Virus record (IMG/VR): IMGVR_UViG_3300025319_000005
Span: 62,001 to 126,000 of that record
Direction: 5' to 3' (one strand)
DNA: 64,000 bases
Numbering within the stretch: the first letter of the stretch is position 1; each line of letters begins with the position of its first letter. The position numbers were made by a program, and so were the translations under genes. Below, piece by piece: positions 1-10,178 of the stretch. Under the pieces are notes generated by a model that saw nothing but the letters and a program-made list of their open reading frames with translations, ran no database searches and was not told where the DNA came from.

Positions 1-413
1 TCATTTATTTGATTAATTACTTTTTTAGGAACAAGCTCATACAATTTGCCTTTTAATTCACTTTTTTCTACTTCTGCAATTTCTCCTGAAATTTCTGCAA
101 ATATATCACCCTGAAATATACGCTCACTCATATCGGTAACATCTTTAAATGCTTCACGACCTTTTAAAAGTTTAACTACATCATCCAGTAAAACATTTTC
201 CGGCATGGTCATAATTGACATTTTGTGCATTGATTTTAATATATTATGCTTAACAAGTTCTATTTCCCCGCCAAATGCTCTTGCTTTTTTAATAGCTTCT
301 CCCCTTGTGTATTCTTGTATTACTCCATAAGATGCTAAATATCCATTTCGTTTTTGGTCAGCTCTTGCATGGTTGTTTTCTTTTAAAACAACTCTGTATA
401 ATTTCTTTTCCAT
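1..413 (-). CDS. hypothetical protein (runs off window edge)
   Basis: MEKKLYRVVLKE... open to position 1; motif upstream at 437-472. Confidence 0.75.
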   Translation of the reverse strand, partial: MEKKLYRVVLKENNHARADQKRNGYLASYGVIQEYTRGEAIKKARAFGGEIELVKHNILKSMHKMSIMTMPENVLLDDVVKLLKGREAFKDVTDMSERIFQGDIFAEISGEIAEVEKSELKGKLYELVPKKVINQIN

Positions 414-467
414 GAGATATTTTGTTTTTTGGTTATGATGTACTATACAATATTTAATTCTTTGGTG

Positions 468-704
468 TTACAAGGCAGTTATTAAAAATTTAGCTATGGC
501 TTCCAATTCTTCTGCATGAATTAAAATCGAGCCATTACCTTCTGCTTTATCTACTTCCAAGCCAGTAGAACTTAAATGTCCTATTCGACTTCGTTGTCCA
601 TCAATTGTTCTGAATATCCAGAAGTTTCCAACACCATCATCAATAAATTCAAGTTTATGATTTTTGAATACAGGGTTTTCTATTATTTTGGTTATTGTTT
701 TCAT
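468..704 (-). CDS. hypothetical protein
   Basis: Array orientation; stop lies in TGTAAC box. Confidence 0.75.
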   Translation of the reverse strand: MKTITKIIENPVFKNHKLEFIDDGVGNFWIFRTIDGQRSRIGHLSSTGLEVDKAEGNGSILIHAEELEAIAKFLITAL

Positions 705-707
705 GGC

Positions 708-893
708 TTATTTTCTTTCGTTGATTACCTGATAAATTAAATCCTCAACCACAAGACTCCAATTTGCTGTTTCATCCTGGTTTTGAGCTGCCGGATACCT
801 TTTTAATACTTCTTGAATTTCCGCGTCAGTCAGTTCTTTTTTTAATGAATCGGCGATTGTTTCGACATCTAAGTCAATTATTTCGTTTTCCAT
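708..893 (-). CDS. small acidic hypothetical protein
   Basis: Tightly packed operon. Confidence 0.7.
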   Translation of the reverse strand: MENEIIDLDVETIADSLKKELTDAEIQEVLKRYPAAQNQDETANWSLVVEDLIYQVINERK

Positions 894-897
894 GTTG

Positions 898-1116
898 TTA
901 AGGTATTGAAATTATAACTTTTGCTTCAGGGAGAAACTGAGGCGTTACTTCAACTTTGGTTGTGTAAAATTCAGCATCATCAGGAGCAAGTCCTTGATGG
1001 TCAGCAACATCCTGCAACCCTCCTGCAATGTTGTTAGTAATTGTTTTTATATCTTCATCAGATGTGATTTTATCTGAAAAGGTAAGTGTTACTAAAAATG
1101 TGTGTGTCTTACTCAT
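898..1116 (-). CDS. hypothetical protein
   Basis: Motif upstream. Confidence 0.75.
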   Translation of the reverse strand: MSKTHTFLVTLTFSDKITSDEDIKTITNNIAGGLQDVADHQGLAPDDAEFYTTKVEVTPQFLPEAKVIISIP

Positions 1117-1175
1117 GGCGTTATGTTTTGTTTACAATGTACTATACAAGAAATAATTGAATGGTGTTACAAATA

Positions 1176-1373
1176 TTATTCGACTTGTAAAATCCTATCA
1201 AGAATCATTCTCTCAACATTCCCATTCTTTATTTTGTTCGCCCACATACCGGCAATTGCTATAAACTCATCCAATGTATCGGCTTCATCAATTTCTTCTG
1301 TTATTTGTTCTAAATCATCTCCCTCTAAGGTGATGGATTTTTTGTATTCTGATTTCAATTTGTCTAATGTCAT
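1176..1373 (-). CDS. small acidic hypothetical protein
   Basis: Array orientation. Confidence 0.7.
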   Translation of the reverse strand: MTLDKLKSEYKKSITLEGDDLEQITEEIDEADTLDEFIAIAGMWANKIKNGNVERMILDRILQVE

Positions 1374-1378
1374 AGCGT

Positions 1379-1555
1379 TTAGTTTTTTACGTTAATTTCA
1401 GTCATTAATATAAAGTCTTCAAGTTCAGCTCCGTCAAGTGATTTACCACCGTCAGCATAAAATGAAGCAAGCATCATTTCACTTAACTCTTTGAGTTTTG
1501 TTGCAATTTCAACGGCTGTTCCACTTCCTGTTATTTTAATTTCTAATTCTTCCAT
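1379..1555 (-). CDS. hypothetical protein (58 aa, not in ORF track)
   Basis: MEELEIKITGSG...; motif upstream at 1576. Confidence 0.7.
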   Translation of the reverse strand: MEELEIKITGSGTAVEIATKLKELSEMMLASFYADGGKSLDGAELEDFILMTEINVKN

Positions 1556-1629
1556 GATATTTTGTTTTTGTTTACAATGTACTATACAAGAAATAATTGA
1601 ATGGTGTTACAGATACGTGAATATATTTG

Positions 1630-2442
1630 TTACGCTTCCACCGCAATTTTACTGTTTTCTATTCGGGCGTTTTTCATTTCCTCCCTGTTTTGTGGGAAAA
1701 TATCCCCAAGTTCCTCAACAGTTAAAGTTTTAAATCCTTTAAAACGTTCAAGAAATTTTTTATTGATTGAAATGTTTTGTTCAAATTCAATTGGTTTTTT
1801 ATCTTCTTTTGCACTCTTCAATTCATCTTTTGAACAATCGTTTTTGCTTTCAGGATAGTATGCTTTCAAATAAGTAGAAGCATCAACAGGTGTCATACGT
1901 TTTAGTTTTTCAACTGTGCTATCTCCACCGATATTAACAAAGCAGTATTTTGGATTTTTAAGTGTAAAATCCATAATTAACACGCCATCATTATTATCTC
2001 CCTTATCAAAAGAACTACTATATATCAATTCGTTCTCGTCTATATGTTCTTCATTTAAAAGACTTAAATGGTCAATGCCAATACGACAATATTTACCCAA
2101 CTCAAAATCAAACATATTTTGCATATAATTTTTAAACCATTCGATTACATCATTTGGATTTTTTATGCTATCACATTTTTTGTGTAGTAAATTATTATAA
2201 CCATAGGTATCTTCGTGAAAATCTTTAACGGCGAATAAGACTTGAGAAGCCACTAAAGCAAAAGAGCGACCGTATAACCATTGGTGATGAAAAGCAACTA
2301 TAATGGTATTTTCTTCACCATACATTTGTTTCCATTTTTTGTATATTTCCTGGTTTGCTACATAACCGGTAATATCCTCTCTCCATTCCTTTTTGGAATC
2401 AATTTTTATTCTTTTTGCCCATGTTTTGCCAATATTTGGCAT
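1630..2442 (-). CDS. hypothetical protein
   Basis: 270-aa ORF, motif upstream. Confidence 0.75.
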   Translation of the reverse strand: MPNIGKTWAKRIKIDSKKEWREDITGYVANQEIYKKWKQMYGEENTIIVAFHHQWLYGRSFALVASQVLFAVKDFHEDTYGYNNLLHKKCDSIKNPNDVIEWFKNYMQNMFDFELGKYCRIGIDHLSLLNEEHIDENELIYSSSFDKGDNNDGVLIMDFTLKNPKYCFVNIGGDSTVEKLKRMTPVDASTYLKAYYPESKNDCSKDELKSAKEDKKPIEFEQNISINKKFLERFKGFKTLTVEELGDIFPQNREEMKNARIENSKIAVEA

Positions 2443-2592
2443 CTGGATATAAATTTGGCTGCGTTGTCCGATAATTTTAACGACCTTTTGGGTTCGCCCT
2501 CGTTTTAATTAATACTTATTTATAATGTACTATACAAGAAATAATTTGATTGTGTTACAACTTCGTTGGGTTACACCACAAATAATATGTTT

Positions 2593-2892
2593 TTATTTCA
2601 CCAGTTCTCCCTCGCCGTGTTTTCCGGTTAATATTTCTGTGTGGATTTTACTGCAGAATGCAAGAATATCTCCCTGTGGATAATCTCCGCTACTATAAGG
2701 GCAAGTTATTCTAAGAAACAATTTTGACTCCAGCCGGCTGATGAATTTATGTATTGTTCCGGATTTTACAATATTGATTTGATTATCTAAGAAAAACTTA
2801 AAGTGTGTTGAATACTCAACATCTTCGTTTATCCTGTACCACTGTTTTTCTTTTGATTTTTCTCCCATGATTTTTATTTTTAAATATGACAA
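2593..2892 (-). CDS. hypothetical protein
   Basis: Array orientation; start uncertain. Confidence 0.6.
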   Translation of the reverse strand: MSYLKIKIMGEKSKEKQWYRINEDVEYSTHFKFFLDNQINIVKSGTIHKFISRLESKLFLRITCPYSSGDYPQGDILAFCSKIHTEILTGKHGEGELVK

Positions 2893-3641
2893 TCTAAAAT
2901 TGTTATTTGAAAATTCCTATCTTCTGTTTTGTTTAAGTTTAAAAAATAGTTATACTTTTCGATAAGAAATTTCTCATTAATGTTTTCATCTCCCTCATAA
3001 TATGTTTCTTCATCTCCGTTTTCATCTTCAATGATAATATTACAAATCATTCTTTTTACAGCATCTTCTTTCGACATATTTTCATTCCAACTCTTTTGTA
3101 TTGCCTTGAATTTGTTTATTATATCTTGTGCTGAAATATCTTCAGAAATTAGCATTTCACTTTGTCCATCTAATTCCAAATGCGAACACGCTTCTATTAA
3201 TTCCATTTCGCTTATTTTAACGTATTCTTGTACGTTATCTCGATATTTTTCTGCTACCTTTTCATCTTTTAAGTTAAGAGCTTTTTTCAAAAGAGCCTTT
3301 AATTCTTCTTCGCTTTTACAGGTTGGCAATATATTTTTCCAACGACCACCTACCTCACACCAATCATACATCGAATCGCTGTTATAGCTATTTCCATATT
3401 CTCCATATTTTAAATCGAGATGTGAGTATTCTCCCTCCATAAACTCGGCTAATGTTGGATATGTTTTTTCTATTTCAGGAACTTCTTTTATTGTGTTCTT
3501 ATATAGCTTTTTTGCTTGTTTTGCAGTATATTCAACTTCAAATGTTATTTCTGCTCCATCGTCTTCGGTTGCATCGCAATTATGTTTTGCCATTATGGAA
3601 GATTCTTCGCTTTCGTGGATTAATAAAACTGAGAAGTGCAT
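2880..3641 (-). CDS. phage hypothetical protein (MHFSVL...YDWCEVGGRW...ILDCHI)
   Basis: DW-x-x-GGRW and C-terminal DCH pattern typical of a recurrent phage family. Confidence 0.75.
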   Translation of the reverse strand: MHFSVLLIHESEESSIMAKHNCDATEDDGAEITFEVEYTAKQAKKLYKNTIKEVPEIEKTYPTLAEFMEGEYSHLDLKYGEYGNSYNSDSMYDWCEVGGRWKNILPTCKSEEELKALLKKALNLKDEKVAEKYRDNVQEYVKISEMELIEACSHLELDGQSEMLISEDISAQDIINKFKAIQKSWNENMSKEDAVKRMICNIIIEDENGDEETYYEGDENINEKFLIEKYNYFLNLNKTEDRNFQITILDCHI

Positions 3642-3705
3642 AGGATATAATTTTAGTTTGTGTTATAATGTACTATACCAAGAAAAATTGAGCTACGTTA
3701 CAAAA

Positions 3706-4038
3706 TCAATCATCATTTTCAACTTCTTCTTCACCTGTTTCCCATTCTTTTTCTGTGATGATATATCCAAAACGATTAACATAATGAAATCCTGCAGAAA
3801 TAATAAGTTTGCCATCTACATCTAAAATAGTCCAAACACGTTTTTTGGTTTTTTCATCTTGTGCCATTTTAAGGATATATGCTTCTTCCTCTCTATAAGT
3901 TTCATACATTGTTCCACCAAAAGAACAAACATCTTCATCTTTAATTAAAATGTTGGTTTCAGCTCTAATAATATGATTTATTTGAGGCTTATACTCTTTG
4001 TAAAAAACTTCGTCTTTTATTTTCTTTATCTTTTTCAT
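3706..4038 (-). CDS. hypothetical protein
   Basis: Start reassigned downstream of motif at 4058. Confidence 0.7.
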   Translation of the reverse strand: MKKIKKIKDEVFYKEYKPQINHIIRAETNILIKDEDVCSFGGTMYETYREEEAYILKMAQDEKTKKRVWTILDVDGKLIISAGFHYVNRFGYIITEKEWETGEEEVENDD

Positions 4039-4103
4039 GATTTTGTAATTTTTTATTATTGCACTATACAAAAAATTAAATTCCTGTGTTACAAAAAGAA
4101 ACT

Positions 4104-4439
4104 TCACACTCTATCTTGCAGATTTTGGATTAGTTCTTCTAAAATAAACTGCTCCTTATATGGCATTTCAGAATCAACGTTCTTAGCTTCTTTTTTGATT
4201 TCTTTACAAACTTGAGATGCAATTTTTGCTACAACTTCCTTAAATTCGGGATACCTTTCAAGACCAATTAAGGGTTTGACTTTATAGTAGTTATCATTAA
4301 CATATTTAAGGTCATCTTCATAACTGATAGAAACAATCGCTTTCATGTAGGGACTATATGCTAAATTGCCGACTTTGATTTTTGAATAATCATCTTTTTC
4401 AATCTTGTATTTGACGTTATTATAAGTTGCTGTTTCCAT
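4104..4439 (-). CDS. hypothetical protein
   Basis: Motif upstream. Confidence 0.75.
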   Translation of the reverse strand: METATYNNVKYKIEKDDYSKIKVGNLAYSPYMKAIVSISYEDDLKYVNDNYYKVKPLIGLERYPEFKEVVAKIASQVCKEIKKEAKNVDSEMPYKEQFILEELIQNLQDRV

Positions 4440-4494
4440 TTTGTTTTTGGTTTATAATGTACTATACCAATTTTAATTTAATCGCGTTACACTT

Positions 4495-4689
4495 TTAAAT
4501 ATGTTTCTCCGCATTTTCTCTATTCTTGAAATAAACAGTATCCATTGTTCCTGCAAAAGGGTTTTGTTCTTTTATAGTAAATGCTTTATCTCCAGCTTCA
4601 ATTGAAATTCCTGTGTCTTTAAATAAAAACAAGCCTGCTTCATCTTTCCCGATGGTTACTTCCTTAACTTTTTCTCCTGTGATTTTCAT
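4495..4689 (-). CDS. hypothetical protein
   Basis: Motif upstream. Confidence 0.65.
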   Translation of the reverse strand: MKITGEKVKEVTIGKDEAGLFLFKDTGISIEAGDKAFTIKEQNPFAGTMDTVYFKNRENAEKHI

Positions 4690-4857
4690 ACTGTTTAATT
4701 AAATTATGTTTATATTTTTTCATGTTATATTGGTTGTTGGTTTGTGATGTGATATTTTGTTTGTTATAATGTACTATACAAATTTTAATTCTTTTGTGTT
4801 ACAAAGAAGGCGGATGTGGCGTCACAGGCTGGTTTCAGGCGATTTTTTGATTTATTA

Positions 4858-4939
4858 GATATACGTAAAATCCAATTCAATTTTTGTCACAAACTTAATT
4901 CTTTTTGTGACAGAATTTCAGATTTATGTTTCGTATATC
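4858..4939. repeat. Nested palindromic element copy 1
   Basis: GATATACG..TGTCAC-N16-GTGACA..CGTATATC. Confidence 0.95.
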
Positions 4940-5071
4940 CAAATAAAAATTAAATCCTACTTTAGGAGCCCTGGGAAATTCTGAAGCTCCGGTGCTTCAG
5001 AATCAGGATTTTACGCAAACAAAAAGCCCAGGAATTTTCCCGGGCTTCGTGTGAAATGTAAAAATATATCT

Positions 5072-5458
5072 TTAATCAATGCACAAATATCCTTTAAGAT
5101 TTACTGCTGGACAAAACATTAGCAACTCATCAATTGCTGTAACATCGCCACTTGCACATTGCTCTTTAATGAGTTCTAAACATTCGTCAATTAATAACTG
5201 CTTGCGTTTCTTTTGCTCTTCCTGTACTTCTGCGATTGCGTTTTTCACAAGGATACAATCGAAATCAGAGGATTTTACTTCTGGATTTGTTTTTCCTATA
5301 TTTGAAATAATTTCACCGTCAATAGTAATTGTAGCAATTACTCTTGCATTTTCAGAGTTCGGGTTGGTATCGGGATAACAGTCAATTGAAATTTCTCCTG
5401 TTTCTTCATTAGTATAATCTGTTATTACCTCTGCAAAAATTTGGATTTTGTTTTTCAT
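5072..5458 (-). CDS. hypothetical protein
   Basis: ATG overlaps upstream stop. Confidence 0.7.
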   Translation of the reverse strand: MKNKIQIFAEVITDYTNEETGEISIDCYPDTNPNSENARVIATITIDGEIISNIGKTNPEVKSSDFDCILVKNAIAEVQEEQKKRKQLLIDECLELIKEQCASGDVTAIDELLMFCPAVNLKGYLCID

Positions 5459-5778
5459 TATATTTGTTTTGGGTTTATAGTAAATTTCCAATGCAACAAT
5501 TGTTTCTTTCCAACCTCATAGTAAATTTCCAGTATAGCAATTGCTTCTTTCCAACCTCCTTTATATTTGTGTTGTTTTATACCTTGCTCAACAAATTTTT
5601 CAAGTATATTTGATGACTGTTCTAAAAGAAGTGGTGTTTCTGCAACAATAACTTCCCACGTAAATGCTTTTTTCCCTGCTCTAAAACTAAACTTCTCCCC
5701 ATTAAGCGTTTCATAAACATGAATTTCTTTTGGACCGGGGTTTAATACTTCTTTAAGTGTGAGAGTTAGTTTTGCCAT
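5458..5778 (-). CDS. hypothetical protein
   Basis: Motif upstream. Confidence 0.75.
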   Translation of the reverse strand: MAKLTLTLKEVLNPGPKEIHVYETLNGEKFSFRAGKKAFTWEVIVAETPLLLEQSSNILEKFVEQGIKQHKYKGGWKEAIAILEIYYEVGKKQLLHWKFTINPKQI

Positions 5779-5828
5779 GATGTTTCGTTTTGGTTATAAT
5801 GTACTATACAAGAAATAATTGGATTGCG

Positions 5829-6029
5829 TTACACCTCTTCGTTTTCTTGTATATTTATATCATCTGCATCAATGCCAGAGCTTAAAATTTGTGCGCCTAA
5901 ACAACTCGGTTCATTCTGCAGAGCTAAATTAATTAGGTCAATTGCAGTTAGAGCATCTGCTACCATGTTTCCATGAATTCTAGGTATGTCTACTTGTATT
6001 GTCAGGTTTTTGATTGTGATTGTTTTCAT
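5829..6029 (-). CDS. hypothetical protein
   Basis: Motif upstream; stop in TGTAAC. Confidence 0.7.
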   Translation of the reverse strand: MKTITIKNLTIQVDIPRIHGNMVADALTAIDLINLALQNEPSCLGAQILSSGIDADDINIQENEEV

Positions 6030-6089
6030 AAGCTATGTTTTTTTGGTTTATAATGCACTATACAAGATTTAATTTAATGGCGTTACAAC

Positions 6090-6530
6090 TTATTGAGAAA
6101 TCAAAGTTTGTCTGTAAGAGTTTGATATTTCATTACTCCAATGATAGGGTTCTACACATTCCTTAAAGTATTGTTCTGGAGTTAAATCTCTTGTATAAAC
6201 ATATTTAAAGAAATTTTCTTTTATAAGTTCTTTATAGCGAACATCTCTACTCTCTTTAGTTGGAAAATTTTGATAAATTCTACCGACTTTAGGAGAAATA
6301 TAACTTAACTCAAATGGAGTTTCAAAGTTTTTAATATTCATTACAAAATCAATTCCATAAGACCATTCATCTTTGGTATCAATAACGGTAAAATCCCTTT
6401 TCAACCCTTTTAAATCATTCCTGGATTTTCCTTCTATAAACAAATGCACAATAGAAATACACTCCATTCTTTTAGCTGAAAGCTCCATCGCATATTTCTC
6501 AGCATCAAGATATTTTTTAAAAGTTTTCAT
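6090..6530 (-). CDS. hypothetical protein
   Basis: Motif upstream. Confidence 0.75.
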   Translation of the reverse strand: MKTFKKYLDAEKYAMELSAKRMECISIVHLFIEGKSRNDLKGLKRDFTVIDTKDEWSYGIDFVMNIKNFETPFELSYISPKVGRIYQNFPTKESRDVRYKELIKENFFKYVYTRDLTPEQYFKECVEPYHWSNEISNSYRQTLISQ

Positions 6531-6590
6531 TTGTTTGTGTTTTGGTTATAATGTACTATACAAATTTTAATTTAAGGGCGTTACAATTTT

Positions 6591-7208
6591 TCAGTTTTTT
6601 TCTATCTCTTTCAACATTTCAACTTCTTCTGTTTCAAGTTGAGCGTATTCGTTTAATTTATTTGTGTGTTCAGTTGCAAGTTTTTCGATTACCTTTTCTT
6701 TATCAATTTTCAATTTTTTTATACAAGTGAGTACTTCTATTTGAACTTCACGTTTGTTTTTGGAAATATTTACTTTATCACCATGAACAGCACCCCAAAC
6801 ATTTTTACCAACTTCTTCTTGAATTGATATTTCACAACATACTATTCCCAATATGTTTAAGTCAAACAAATTAATTTTATATACCCCTATTTTAGAATTA
6901 TGCTTTTCAAAGTAAGCAAATCTAGGTGTAATCTTTGTAATTACGTCCGACCATACTTTATGAGAATAAACACTGGAGAACCAAAACACATCACCAACTT
7001 TAACATCAGATTTTATTCGTGTATCAACAAAATAGGATTTGTCAGCTTGAATGTAAATTCCCATTAGTTTGGGATGTTTAACTGTATAAACATTTTCAAA
7101 AGTGTGAATTTCTACTTCTACCTCCGTTCCTTTCTCAATTGGACAGACAGCGTGCGACCATTTAGGACATTTTAGGCTCTTTGCTAATATTAGTTTCTTC
7201 GTTTCCAT
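6591..7208 (-). CDS. hypothetical protein
   Basis: Motif upstream. Confidence 0.75.
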   Translation of the reverse strand: METKKLILAKSLKCPKWSHAVCPIEKGTEVEVEIHTFENVYTVKHPKLMGIYIQADKSYFVDTRIKSDVKVGDVFWFSSVYSHKVWSDVITKITPRFAYFEKHNSKIGVYKINLFDLNILGIVCCEISIQEEVGKNVWGAVHGDKVNISKNKREVQIEVLTCIKKLKIDKEKVIEKLATEHTNKLNEYAQLETEEVEMLKEIEKN

Positions 7209-7509
7209 AGAAAATTCTGTTTTTATTGGTTTGTAATGTACTATACCAAAAATTAAATTGCCGTGTTACACTTTTAAATTGATATTCTCAGCTATTAAAA
7301 ATAGGCTTTCGTCTATTAAAAATCAGTTTTTAACTATTTTATTAAATTGTTAATAATATCCAGCCTACTTTTACAGTGAATGTCAAATATGATACAGATC
7401 ACCAAAATTAGTGATAAACATCACTTAGTTTTAAGAAACAGATAAATAACTCTATCGTTTAATTTTATATAAACTGAACCGTCAGAAACGGCAACTTAAA
7501 AAACAGATT

Positions 7510-7827
7510 ATGGAAACAAATTATGTCAACGTTGAAAATTTGGATTTAAAAAACTTAACATCAAAAGAGCTTTTTCTATACACTTTAAATAAAATTGGCA
7601 GACCTTCACTAGCAAGGGATATGGCTGAATATTTGGAAAGAAATAAATTAATTTCAATGAAAAAAGAGGAAATATTAATCAGATTATATACTGGTGCGAC
7701 ACAATTAAACAAATCAAAAGTAGTTAGTAGGATGCCCTATGATGGCAGAATGTATATGTATGCTATCATAAAACAACAACAATTTGTTAATTTGACAGCT
7801 CAGAATAAATTTAAAATGGTTGCATAA
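7510..7827 (+). CDS. putative winged-helix DNA-binding protein, paralog 1
   Basis: Shares DL-x-x-LT-x-x-E-x-FL...IG-x-P...RDM...Y with next two ORFs; basic; fold is inference. Confidence 0.6.
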   Translation: METNYVNVENLDLKNLTSKELFLYTLNKIGRPSLARDMAEYLERNKLISMKKEEILIRLYTGATQLNKSKVVSRMPYDGRMYMYAIIKQQQFVNLTAQNKFKMVA

Positions 7828-7975
7828 CAAATAAATGTGTGAATTATATAACACAAAAATAAAATTGTGTAATAGCTACATGTTCATAAATTGCAACCTT
7901 TGTTGCGTTAAAAAGTATAAACAATAAAGATTTTAACTGTACCGACAGAATCGGCAATTTAAAAACAAAAACAAA

Positions 7976-8377
7976 ATGAATACAATTAGCAAAAAAAAGG
8001 TTAAGGTTAAAGTTCCAACTCCTTCGGCAAAAGCCGTAAAGTCAAAAACTAAAGAAGAAAAAACAACGAAAAAAGCGATAGAAGAAAAAACAAAAGATGT
8101 TGATTTGAATAATTTAACAGCAGATGAAATCTTTTTACAGACCCTAAAAGAGATAGGCGCACCTTCTCGCGTTAGAGATATGGTTGCTTTACTTAAAAAG
8201 AATAAACGAGTTTCAATAGCAAAGAAAAAATTGTTGATAAAATTTTATGCCAGTGCATCACACTTAAATCGAGATGGTGTAGTAAAAAGAACCCCGGTAA
8301 ATGGAAGTATGTATGCTTACAGTCTTTTGGGCTGGAAGAAAAATAAAACCAAAGCTAAACTATCTGTGGCTGCATAA
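7976..8377 (+). CDS. putative winged-helix DNA-binding protein, paralog 2, Lys-rich N-tail
   Basis: As above. Confidence 0.6.
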   Translation: MNTISKKKVKVKVPTPSAKAVKSKTKEEKTTKKAIEEKTKDVDLNNLTADEIFLQTLKEIGAPSRVRDMVALLKKNKRVSIAKKKLLIKFYASASHLNRDGVVKRTPVNGSMYAYSLLGWKKNKTKAKLSVAA

Positions 8378-8398
8378 CACACGTTTATTTTTGTATTA

Positions 8399-8445
8399 AA
8401 GGGAGAGAATATAGACCAAAAATCCTATTCTCTCCCTTATTTTTT
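8399..8445. terminator. Bidirectional terminator between convergent paralogs
   Basis: aagggagagaata...tattctctccctt. Confidence 0.75.
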
Positions 8446-8452
8446 GGGAATA

Positions 8453-8803
8453 TTATGCAACCTTTTTCTCTTTTGCTTTACCAAATTTCCAACCAGACAT
8501 ACCATAAACAAACATACTTTTATTTACTGGCTCTCTTTTTACGAATCCTACCTTATTCAAAAGAGAAGCACTGGCATAGAGTTTTATCAAAAGTTTAGCT
8601 TCTTCTGTTTTTAGTGATTCATCCTTTTTGAGCTCCTTAACCATATCCCTCACAATAGCCGGTTTTCCAATTTGCTTTAAAGCGTGTAAAAACAATTCGT
8701 CTGCCGTTAATGTGTTTAAATCAATAGCCTTTGCTTTCCTTGCTTGTGCTTTTAAAGCTGAAGTATTTAATACTTTAACTTTACCAATGCTTTGAGTTTC
8801 CAT
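8453..8803 (-). CDS. putative winged-helix DNA-binding protein, paralog 3
   Basis: As above; array motif upstream. Confidence 0.6.
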   Translation of the reverse strand: METQSIGKVKVLNTSALKAQARKAKAIDLNTLTADELFLHALKQIGKPAIVRDMVKELKKDESLKTEEAKLLIKLYASASLLNKVGFVKREPVNKSMFVYGMSGWKFGKAKEKKVA

Positions 8804-8880
8804 TTTGTTTGATTTTTTAGATTAATTTATAATGCACTATACAAAAAATACTGGAGAGGTGTTACAAAAAGGGAGAATTA

Positions 8881-9201
8881 TTACCATTTCTTTTTTCCAT
8901 TGCGACCTTTAGGGGATGGCCAGGGATTATTCTCCCTTAATAAATCAACATTTATAAGTTCATTAAGACGATAATTTCTTATTGGTATTGGCTCTCTATC
9001 AAATACTGTGGATTTTATCTTTACTTCTTCCGGCAAATCCTTTATATCAATGCCAGTCTTTTTTGACAATTCTTCTATTGAGTCAATAATGATTATCTCC
9101 CCAGCTTCTATCAATTTTTCTGCAATCCTTTGAGCTTCTTCTCCAACCAGACCCATTCCAATTACAATTATCTTTGCTTTATTTTTCTTTTTAGAGTTCA
9201 T
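8881..9201 (-). CDS. hypothetical protein
   Basis: Operon with 9198-9416. Confidence 0.65.
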   Translation of the reverse strand: MNSKKKNKAKIIVIGMGLVGEEAQRIAEKLIEAGEIIIIDSIEELSKKTGIDIKDLPEEVKIKSTVFDREPIPIRNYRLNELINVDLLRENNPWPSPKGRNGKKKW

Positions 9202-9416
9202 GTTGTTTTATTTTCTATTAATTTATATGCTCCAGAATCTAATCCATGTTGAAATTGTTTAACCGAAGTCCAAGCCATACTCATTGTGTTTCTCCCTAAA
9301 TTATGTGTAGGAACGTTCCAGCTAATCCTTTTTTCAGTTACTTTTACAACTTCAAACTCTTTTCCGGTTGGAGTGAATAAAAATATTGTTCCAATCTTTA
9401 CATCTGTTGCTTTCAT
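9198..9416 (-). CDS. hypothetical protein (likely leaderless)
   Basis: ATG directly follows motif. Confidence 0.7.
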   Translation of the reverse strand: MKATDVKIGTIFLFTPTGKEFEVVKVTEKRISWNVPTHNLGRNTMSMAWTSVKQFQHGLDSGAYKLIENKTT

Positions 9417-9454
9417 ATTGTACTATACAATAAACAATTGAATTATGTTACAAA

Positions 9455-10003
9455 TTATGAGGGGAGAACATCAGGAAAAACAACTGTATGACTTGCTATA
9501 TAAATTCCTTTTGTAATATCAGATAGTTTATCAGCCACTCTTTCTTTTCCTTCTGCTGTTAATAAGTCAGTAAAAAGTATGCCGTTTAAATGATCAATCT
9601 CATGAGAGAAAACCACTGCATCAAATCCTCTTAATCTAAGTTTCTGTTTATTGAAATCAATATCATAAAATTCGACATCAATTATCTCGTTTCTAACAAA
9701 CACATCTTCATAGACACCAGCAATACTTAAACAGCCCTCGTGTGATTTTTGAATTCCTCTTTGTTTTTTTATAATTGGATTAACAACAACAATCTCTTTA
9801 TTGCCCATTTTCATTACAAACACACGACTATTAACATTTAGTTGTGGACTTGCTAATCCTACTGCTGTACCTATACTTTTCATTGTAAAAAGCATATCAT
9901 TAGCCAAAGTTTTAATCTCTGGAGTATTTTCAGCTTCAATACATACTTCCCGAAGCATTTTAGAGCCGTAGCCAATGATGGGTAGGATTTTATTTTCTTC
10001 CAT
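9455..10003 (-). CDS. def: peptide deformylase
   Basis: VGLASPQ, EGCLS and HEIDH motifs. Confidence 0.95.
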   Translation of the reverse strand: MEENKILPIIGYGSKMLREVCIEAENTPEIKTLANDMLFTMKSIGTAVGLASPQLNVNSRVFVMKMGNKEIVVVNPIIKKQRGIQKSHEGCLSIAGVYEDVFVRNEIIDVEFYDIDFNKQKLRLRGFDAVVFSHEIDHLNGILFTDLLTAEGKERVADKLSDITKGIYIASHTVVFPDVLPS

Positions 10004-10178
10004 ATTTTAACATATTTGTTAATTGAGCCATTTCATCTTCTGATAGAAAATTATAATCAGTAATCCCGTTAAGTTCTCTATCTAAATAGATTTTGCGTTT
10101 CAAGTTATCAACAAACCACTTAAAGCCATTTATATTTACCTCTATAAGTCTTTTCTTTATTTGTTCTTTTTCTGTCAT
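9990..10178 (-). CDS. hypothetical protein (likely leaderless)
   Basis: ATG directly follows motif. Confidence 0.7.
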   Translation of the reverse strand: MTEKEQIKKRLIEVNINGFKWFVDNLKRKIYLDRELNGITDYNFLSEDEMAQLTNMLKYGRK

